Shown: one piece after another, positions 57,429 through 64,000 of the stretch
Position numbering within the stretch: position 1 is the stretch's first letter
Layout of the letters: each line of letters starts with the position of its first letter
NCBI GenBank assembly: GCA_965214405.1
Contig: OZ243956.1
Location: forward strand, 2,624,001-2,688,000
Origin: Trueperaceae bacterium
GTDB taxonomy: Bacteria; Deinococcota; Deinococci; Deinococcales; Trueperaceae
Direction of reading: 5' to 3'
Length of the DNA: 64,000 nt
Notes under the pieces: model-generated
Seen by the model: only the letters and a program-made list of their open reading frames with translations
Told to the model about the DNA's origin: nothing
Databases searched by the model: none
Translations under genes and position numbers: made by a program

Positions 57429-58889
57429 CTAGCGGCTTGTTAGGAAGCTCTGTCCGGCCTCGAGCAGCCCGTACCACCACCCCGGCAGGATGCCCAGGAG
57501 CACCGTACCCAACGCCGCCACGCCAATGGCGATGTTCGTCGCGCCACTAAAAAAGCGCGGCGGCTCGTACTCGGGCTCTCTAAAGTACATCGCGCCGATA
57601 ACCCGGAAGTAATAAAACACCGCGGCCACGCTTGTAACGATGGCAATAATGGCAAGCGTGATATAGCCCGCTTCAATCGCCGCGCCGAATACTAGAATCT
57701 TACCCGTGAACCCAGCCAAGGGCGGGATGCCCGCCAAGCTGAGCATAAAGAGCGTCATCATCGCGGCCAGCCAGGGGCGTTTGCGTCCTAGACCTGCGAA
57801 GCGTTCCAAATCGTCGCCGTGGTCGTTTTTATCGCCAATCAGCGTAAGGACCGCGAACGCGCCCGCGTTCATGAGCGTGTAGGCGGTCAGATACCACACC
57901 ACCGCCTCCGTGCCTACCGTGCCCGCCGCGAGCACCGCCAATCCCAAGTAGCCCGCGTGCGCCACCGCCGAATAGGCCAGCATCCGCTTGACGCTCCGTT
58001 GCAAGAGCGCAGTAAAGTTGCCGACAATGAGCGTGAGCGCCACCAACACGGCCAAAACTTGAGGAAATATTTCGCCGATAAAAGGGTAAACAACGGCGAA
58101 CACGCGCAGGAGCGCCGCGAAGGCGGCGGTCTTGACGACCACGCTCATAAAGGCCGTGACCGAGGTGGGCGCGCCCGTATACACGTCGGGCGACCACTGG
58201 TGAAAGGGCGCGAGCGCGGTTTTGAAGCCGAGACCGCAAAGGATGAACATACCCCCCAGCGCCGCGAGCAGGGGCTGGCTGAAACCCTCCAAAAGGAGCG
58301 CGGCGGCGATTCCGCCGTAAACGAACTGTCCCGTCGCGCCGTAGAGGAGCGCCACGCCGTAAATCAAAAAGGCCGAGGCGAACGCGCCTAAGAGAAAATA
58401 CTTCATCCCCGCCTCTTCGGACTCGCGCGCGTCCTGCCGCCAGGCCGAGAGCACGTAGACGGCTAAGGACATAATTTCTAAGCCCAGCACCAGCGTGACG
58501 AAGTCGCCCGCCGCAACGAGCACCATCGCGCCTGTCGCGCTGAGGAGCACCAGCGGGTAGTATTCGGGATGCTCGAGCTCCGCCCGCTTCAGATAGTCGT
58601 AACTTATGCACACCGCCAGGGCCGTCCCGATGAGAATCACGAAGTTGAGCGCCAAGGCCGGACGGTCCGCTAAGTAACGCAGCCCAAAGGCGCTCTCCGC
58701 TCCCGGCGCGTTACTCACGAACAGGTTGAAATTGAACAACGCTGAGACCGCGATGCCGACGAACGCCAGCACCGCCGACGGGTGGCTGTCCTCGTTGTAA
58801 ATGGCGAAAAGGAGCCCAAAGGCCGCGGTGATGAGCAGGATCAAAGGGGGCGCGATGGTGGCGAAACTTACGTCTACCGCCGGAATCAC
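57429..58889 (-). CDS. nuoN: NADH-quinone oxidoreductase subunit N
   Basis: EAGMKYFLLG, FKTALAPFHQWSPDVYTGAP, KRMLAYS. Confidence 0.96.
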   Translation of the reverse strand: MIPAVDVSFATIAPPLILLITAAFGLLFAIYNEDSHPSAVLAFVGIAVSALFNFNLFVSNAPGAESAFGLRYLADRPALALNFVILIGTALAVCISYDYLKRAELEHPEYYPLVLLSATGAMVLVAAGDFVTLVLGLEIMSLAVYVLSAWRQDARESEEAGMKYFLLGAFASAFLIYGVALLYGATGQFVYGGIAAALLLEGFSQPLLAALGGMFILCGLGFKTALAPFHQWSPDVYTGAPTSVTAFMSVVVKTAAFAALLRVFAVVYPFIGEIFPQVLAVLVALTLIVGNFTALLQRSVKRMLAYSAVAHAGYLGLAVLAAGTVGTEAVVWYLTAYTLMNAGAFAVLTLIGDKNDHGDDLERFAGLGRKRPWLAAMMTLFMLSLAGIPPLAGFTGKILVFGAAIEAGYITLAIIAIVTSVAAVFYYFRVIGAMYFREPEYEPPRFFSGATNIAIGVAALGTVLLGILPGWWYGLLEAGQSFLTSR

Positions 58890-60367
58890 TGGGTGCCTCC
58901 TCGAGCCGCTTCCAACCGCGCGTTGTCTGAGGGAACTTTGACTAGAAGCGCGTCTTGCTGCGTGGTAATAACAAGCGCCTGCCTTTCGATGCGCCTGAGC
59001 TGCGGGTTCGGAAACACGCCCAGCCAGAGAATCCCGGCCACGATGGGTGCCAAGAGAAGTAGCTCACGGCTCCCCATCTCCCGCACCGGCCCGTGCGTCT
59101 CCGCGCCCTGATAGAGACGCTGATAGAGGTTGACGCCGTACACGCCCGCCGCAATCACGGAGAGCGTCGCCACCCCCGCCAGCCAGACGTTTGTTTGAAA
59201 GGCTCCCATCAGGCTCATAAACTCACCCGGAAAGTTGGACAGGCCCGGCACCCCGATGGACGCGAACAGGACGAAAAGCATCACCGCGGCCATCATCGGC
59301 GCGCTTTTGGCGAGCCCGCCGTAGTGAGCCAGGTCGAAACTCCCGCGCCGCGCGTAGAGCATCCCGGAAAGGAGAAAAAGCCCGCCCGTCGAGACCATCT
59401 GCGCGGCCAAAAGGAACACTGCCCCATTAAGCCCCGCGATGTGCAGCCCGAACACGCCGACGCCCACGATGCCCATGTGCGACAACGAGGCGTAGGCGAG
59501 GAGGCGTTTCATGTGCGTTTGCGAGGTGGCGATGATGGCCGCGTAGAGCGCTGTGACCGCGGCAAAGGCGAGCAGGTAAGGCGCGGCGGCGGCGGCGGCG
59601 TTGGGCAAAAGCGGCAGCGCCCAGGCGAAAAAGCCCCAGCCGCCCACCTTGTAGAGCGTGCCCGCCATGTCGGCGGCCCCCGAAGGGTGGTTCTGCTCGT
59701 GAAAGTCGGGCAGCCAGGCGTGGAGTGGCCAGAGGGGGAGCTTGACTGCAAAGGCGAGCGTGAAAGCGATAAAGAGCCAGAGTTGTGTGGGGAAAGGTAG
59801 CGCGGGCGTGACCGCCAAGAGGTCGTCCAGGCGATAACTCAGCGCGCCGGAGAGTGGTCTGATGGCGAGAATGGCGACGAGCATGAGAAACGAGCCCGTC
59901 ACCGCGTACATGAGGTACTTAATGGCCGCTTGCCGCCGCCCCAACCCGCCCCAAATGCCGAGCATGAGCACGCTGGGGATTAAAGTCGCTTCCCAGAAAA
60001 CGTAGAAGAGCACGAGGTCTTTGGCTAGAAACACGCCGTTGAGCCCCGCCTGCATGAGCAGCAGCAAAGCGACGAACGCGCCCATGTGACGCTCCACGGT
60101 GAGACTCGCGTAAACCGCCGCGGGAATCATCACCAGCGAGGCGACGAGGACGAGGAGGCCGGAGGCCCCCGCCGGGCTGAGCGAGAAGTAGACCTCGAAG
60201 CCCGGTATCCAGAGAGTTTCGACAGCGGGGCTCGAGCCCAGAAACAGCGCCACCACAAACGTCGCCAGCGTGCCGATAATCGTAAAGGCGTGCTTGAGCG
60301 GCGAGGTGGGAATGAGCGCGACCACAAGCGCAGTCGCCAAGGGAACGAGGAGCGCCGCCAGCGTCAT
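58886..60367 (-). CDS. nuoM: NADH-quinone oxidoreductase subunit M
   Basis: FYVFWE, VKLPLWPLHAWLPD, GVPGLSNFPGE. Confidence 0.96.
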   Translation of the reverse strand: MTLAALLVPLATALVVALIPTSPLKHAFTIIGTLATFVVALFLGSSPAVETLWIPGFEVYFSLSPAGASGLLVLVASLVMIPAAVYASLTVERHMGAFVALLLLMQAGLNGVFLAKDLVLFYVFWEATLIPSVLMLGIWGGLGRRQAAIKYLMYAVTGSFLMLVAILAIRPLSGALSYRLDDLLAVTPALPFPTQLWLFIAFTLAFAVKLPLWPLHAWLPDFHEQNHPSGAADMAGTLYKVGGWGFFAWALPLLPNAAAAAAPYLLAFAAVTALYAAIIATSQTHMKRLLAYASLSHMGIVGVGVFGLHIAGLNGAVFLLAAQMVSTGGLFLLSGMLYARRGSFDLAHYGGLAKSAPMMAAVMLFVLFASIGVPGLSNFPGEFMSLMGAFQTNVWLAGVATLSVIAAGVYGVNLYQRLYQGAETHGPVREMGSRELLLLAPIVAGILWLGVFPNPQLRRIERQALVITTQQDALLVKVPSDNARLEAARGGTQ

Positions 60368-62286
60368 GCCAGCACCCCTAGAAGAACCACGACGAGCACG
60401 AGCGCCACCAGCCCGAGGAGCATCGCCAGCGCGTAGGCGCGAACATAACCCGTTTGGAGAAATCCGACGGTGCGCGCGAAGAGCCCGGCGCTGGTGAAGC
60501 CGCCGCCGATGCCTTTGTCTACAAGTTCCCGGTCCACCGTAGAAAGCCCAGTTGCAGCACCCTCACCTGTTCGGGTAAAGAGACTCCTGTAGAGCGCGTC
60601 GAAGCCGCCGCCGCGCTGCGACAGCGTGTTGAGCGGGCCTAAACTTTCAGCGAGACGCCGCGCGGGCCGCCCGCCGCTCAGGTGATAGAACCAGAAGCCG
60701 ACGAACAAGCCCACCGCCGCCGCGAGGACCGACACACCGATGAGGAGCCATTCGGTTTGAAGGGTAGGGTGCGCGAAGCTTAGAACAGGGGTAACGGGCT
60801 CGAGCCACCCCGCGAACCAGCTCGGCGCGACAAACTCGGGCAAACCGATATACCCCGCCACCACGCTAAAAAAGGCGAGGACGATAAGCGGCACGGTCAT
60901 GACTCGAGGCGACTCGTGCAGGCGCGCCCGCGCCTCCGCCGTAAACCTTTCTTCGCCCGCAAAAACTTGGTAGTACCAGCGGAACATATAAAACGCGGTC
61001 ATCACCGCCGTCGCCAGCAGGAGGCCGTAAATGATTACGTTGCCGTAGTCGCTGATAAGTTCGCTGTTAAAGGTATAAGCCAACACCGCATCCTTGCTAA
61101 AAAAGCCCGACAGCAAAGGCACCCCGGTAATCGCCAGCACCGCAATAAGCGCAGTGGTTCCGGTGGTCTTCATGTGCTTGCCGAGTCCGCCCATTCTTTC
61201 AATATCCTGCTCGCCGCCCAACGCGTGAATGACCGAGCCCGCCCCCAAAAAGAGGAGCGCCTTGAAAAAGGCGTGGGTGAAAAGGTGAAAAATCCCCACC
61301 CAGTAGGCCCCGACGCCCACCGCCACGAACATATAGCCGAGCTGCGACACGGTTGAGTAGGCGAGAATCTTTTTGACGTCGCGTTGCGACAAGGCCGCAA
61401 AGGCCGCGACAAAAGCTGTAATTGCCCCCACCCAGGCCACCACCGCCGAGGCGGCGGGCGCGCCTGCGAAGAGGGGCGCAGCCCTTGCAATCAAGTACAC
61501 CCCCGCCGTGACCATCGTCGCCGCGTGAATCAAGGCCGACACGGGCGTGGGTCCCGCCATCGCGTCGGGCAGCCAGACCTGCAAGGGCAACTGCGCCGAT
61601 TTGCCCGTGGCCCCCACGAAGTAGAGCAGCGCAATTAAAGTAGTGGAACCAATCGCAAGCCCCACCGCCGCCTCGTTGACCGCCGCAATGTTGAGGGTGC
61701 CGAAAGTCTGAAAGGTCAGAAACATCGCCAGCAAAAAGCCCACGTCGCCGATGCGGTTGACGATGAAGGCTTTACGCGCCGCGTCCGCGTTGAGGCGGTC
61801 GCCGTACCAGAAACCAATCAGCAGGTACGAACAGACTCCCACCCCCTCCCAGCCCACGAACATGAGCAGGAACGAGTCCGCCATCACGAGCACGAGCATG
61901 GCCGCGACGAAGAGGTTGAGCCCCGCGAAGTAGCGGCTAAAGCCGTCGTCGCCGTGCATATAGCCAATCGAATAGAGGTGGATGAGCGTGCCCACCCCGG
62001 TGATGACCATCATCAGGAGGACGCTTAAAGGGTCTATCACAAAGCCAAGGTCGAGCCTGAAGTCGCCCGCCGTCAAATAGGGCCAGAGCGCAACCGAAAC
62101 GCCCTCTTCGCGTCCCAAGAGAGCAAAAAATGCGATGAGCGAGAGCAAAAATCCTGCGCCCACGGCAACCGTGCCGACAATTCCCGGCACCGGCTCCTTG
62201 AGGCTGCGCCCGAAGAGGCCGTTGATGAGCGCGCCGATGAGGGCTAAGAGGGGCGCGAAAGCGGCAAAGGCGACAACGTCACTCAT
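60364..62286 (-). CDS. nuoL: NADH-quinone oxidoreductase subunit L
   Basis: GKSAQLPLQVWLPDAMAGPTPVSALIHAATMVTAG, HAFFKALLFL. Confidence 0.97.
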   Translation of the reverse strand: MSDVVAFAAFAPLLALIGALINGLFGRSLKEPVPGIVGTVAVGAGFLLSLIAFFALLGREEGVSVALWPYLTAGDFRLDLGFVIDPLSVLLMMVITGVGTLIHLYSIGYMHGDDGFSRYFAGLNLFVAAMLVLVMADSFLLMFVGWEGVGVCSYLLIGFWYGDRLNADAARKAFIVNRIGDVGFLLAMFLTFQTFGTLNIAAVNEAAVGLAIGSTTLIALLYFVGATGKSAQLPLQVWLPDAMAGPTPVSALIHAATMVTAGVYLIARAAPLFAGAPAASAVVAWVGAITAFVAAFAALSQRDVKKILAYSTVSQLGYMFVAVGVGAYWVGIFHLFTHAFFKALLFLGAGSVIHALGGEQDIERMGGLGKHMKTTGTTALIAVLAITGVPLLSGFFSKDAVLAYTFNSELISDYGNVIIYGLLLATAVMTAFYMFRWYYQVFAGEERFTAEARARLHESPRVMTVPLIVLAFFSVVAGYIGLPEFVAPSWFAGWLEPVTPVLSFAHPTLQTEWLLIGVSVLAAAVGLFVGFWFYHLSGGRPARRLAESLGPLNTLSQRGGGFDALYRSLFTRTGEGAATGLSTVDRELVDKGIGGGFTSAGLFARTVGFLQTGYVRAYALAMLLGLVALVLVVVLLGVLA

Positions 62287-62374
62287 AGAACTTCCTGCGA
62301 TTCATAAAAATTCTCAAGGTGGGCTCGAGCCCCACCCATCACTAAAACTCCATCAACCCTTTTACTCCAGCCCC

Positions 62375-62695
62375 TCACAACCGCACCTCAGAAAGCGCGT
62401 CCACATCCGTACTCACCCGGTTGCGGAAAATCGCCACCAGAATCCCCAGCCCCACCGCCACCTCCGCCGCCGCAATCGCCAAGATGATAAACACCGCCGC
62501 CTGCCCCGAGAGCGCCACCGCGCTTCCCGCTATAGACCACTGCCGCGCGAAAGCTACCAACGCCAAGTTAGCGGCGTTGAGCATGAGTTCAACCGACAAA
62601 AAAATCATGATGGCGCTCCGCCGGGTCAAGACCCCCACCGCGCCAATCGAAAAAATAAGCCCGCTCAGCGCGACGTAGTATTCAGTGGGAACCAT
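62375..62695 (-). CDS. nuoK: NADH-quinone oxidoreductase subunit K
   Basis: [19 protein letters not shown]. Confidence 0.96.
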   Translation of the reverse strand: MVPTEYYVALSGLIFSIGAVGVLTRRSAIMIFLSVELMLNAANLALVAFARQWSIAGSAVALSGQAAVFIILAIAAAEVAVGLGILVAIFRNRVSTDVDALSEVRL

Positions 62696-62796
62696 AGGAG
62701 CCTCCTTCGGAGGAGGTAGGGGAGGTAAAAGAGGAAAGAGGAAAGGTTAAAGCCTTTTCTTTCCTCTTAGTCCCTTTCTCTTTTACCTTGTTGGCC

Positions 62797-63348
62797 TCAC
62801 GCATTGGTGAGTTCCCTCGGCTTTTCCGTAGGCGCTTCGGCGGCGCGGCTCGAGACCGCCCGCCGCTGCACCAGCGACACCGCGCCGACGATGCTCGTGA
62901 GTAGAAGCACCCCCACAAGCTGGAACGCCAGCACAAACTGCGTAAAGAGCGCGTCGCCGATAGGCCCCGCGCCCCCGCCGCCCAGCGCCGCCGCGATGAT
63001 TTCAAAACTTGGCAGGAGCTGCGGGCTCGAGAAAGCGACAAGCGCGATGCCCACCGCCGCGACCAGACCCGTTAAGTAGGCCGCCGGGCGCAGCCAGCCG
63101 AGCCCTGTGGCGCGCTCCTCCCCCACGTTGAGCAGCATGATGACGAACAAAAAGAGCACCATGATGGCCCCCGCGTAAACGATGACCTGAATCGCCGCGA
63201 GGAAGTGCGCCTGCAAAGTCACGTAAGTCACCGCCAGCGTCAGCAGCGTCCCGACGAGCGAGAGCGCCGCGTGGACGGGCTGCCGCAGCGTGATGACGCC
63301 CACCGCGCCGAGGGTCATGACGGCGGCAAGGATGATGAACATCAGCAC
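62797..63348 (-). CDS. nuoJ: NADH-quinone oxidoreductase subunit J
   Basis: QVIVYAGAIMVLFLFVIMLL. Confidence 0.96.
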   Translation of the reverse strand: MLMFIILAAVMTLGAVGVITLRQPVHAALSLVGTLLTLAVTYVTLQAHFLAAIQVIVYAGAIMVLFLFVIMLLNVGEERATGLGWLRPAAYLTGLVAAVGIALVAFSSPQLLPSFEIIAAALGGGGAGPIGDALFTQFVLAFQLVGVLLLTSIVGAVSLVQRRAVSSRAAEAPTEKPRELTNA

Positions 63349-63427
63349 GGTAAGTCCTCTAGGACTGAGGACTGAGAGAGGAGAGAAAAGTATAACTTTC
63401 CTCTCAGTCCTTTTCTCTTTCCTCCCA

Positions 63428-63952
63428 CTAGTAGTCCACCCCCTCGAGCTCAGGCCGCGGCCCCGACTTGAGGCCCAGGCGAACCTCCTTGCCCTCGGCG
63501 GCGGCTTCGCGGCGTTGCCACTTGCTGCCCTTGGTGCCGACGAGCATGTCTTCTTTGCCGTAGGTGAAGTCCTTGTAGCGGTAGTCGGCGAGCTCGAACT
63601 CGTGGCCCAGGACCACCGCGCCCGTGGGGCAGGCTTCCTCGCACATGCCGCAAAAAATACAGCGCAGCATGTTGATTTCGTAGATGCTGGCGTAGCGTTC
63701 GCCGGGCGAGGTGGGGTGGTCGGGGTCGTTCTCGGCGGCCTCGACGTAGATGGCGTAGGCTGGGCAGGCCGCGGCGCACAAGGAGCAGCCGATACACTTT
63801 TCCAACCCGTTCGGATGCCGCAACAGGTGGTGCCGCCCCCGGAAGCGCGGCTGCACCGTCGCGGGCTCTTCGGGATAACGCACCGTCACGGGCTTCTTGA
63901 AAAGGTGCCCGAGCGTGACGCCCATCCCCTTGGCGATGTCTAAAACACTCAT
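63428..63952 (-). CDS. nuoI: NADH-quinone oxidoreductase subunit I
   Basis: [12 protein letters not shown] and [12 protein letters not shown] 4Fe-4S motifs. Confidence 0.97.
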   Translation of the reverse strand: MSVLDIAKGMGVTLGHLFKKPVTVRYPEEPATVQPRFRGRHHLLRHPNGLEKCIGCSLCAAACPAYAIYVEAAENDPDHPTSPGERYASIYEINMLRCIFCGMCEEACPTGAVVLGHEFELADYRYKDFTYGKEDMLVGTKGSKWQRREAAAEGKEVRLGLKSGPRPELEGVDY

Positions 63953-64000
63953 ACGGTCTCCTCTAACAAAATACTTACCGAATCCCCTACCCGAATCGTA

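Noticed and set aside
792..63943. Numerous antisense and overlapping ORFs in the six-frame track (for example 24931..25878, 40493..41455, 47095..47919)
   Set aside because: Shadow ORFs typical of high-GC coding DNA; they overlap well-supported genes and show no motifs

Overview
GC-rich bacterial chromosomal window, most likely Deinococcota (Truepera-like). This is inferred from the short Thermus/Deinococcus-type MutL, many leaderless genes with a TANNNT box just before the start codon, and strong CTCGAG over-representation. Housekeeping genes: tesB, a citrate synthase, murI-rph-rdgB, glpX, hisIE, etfBA, trkH, mutS-mutL and nuoI-J-K-L-M-N. Accessory content: (1) a degenerate chromosomal integron at ~15.86-18.9 kb with a frameshifted/truncated intI, an attI-like site, a second diverged attI-like copy, three full attC sites, one half attC and four cassette ORFs, next to an ISAba1-like IS4 element; (2) a sugar ABC transporter/isomerase/PfkB kinase/class I aldolase/two Gfo-Idh-MocA cluster at 25.6-35 kb that looks like a mosaic sulfoquinovose (sulfo-EMP-type) pathway, with an unexplained extra N-terminal domain on the aldolase; (3) a BlaI/M56-peptidase/LanFEG-like module with two matching operators and a nonsense-interrupted permease; (4) three toxin-antitoxin modules plus an orphan antitoxin-like gene; (5) a lower-GC islet at 42-45.3 kb containing an IS5 element inserted in a gene, beside a trkA remnant. 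All calls come from reading the sequence by eye; no searches were run.
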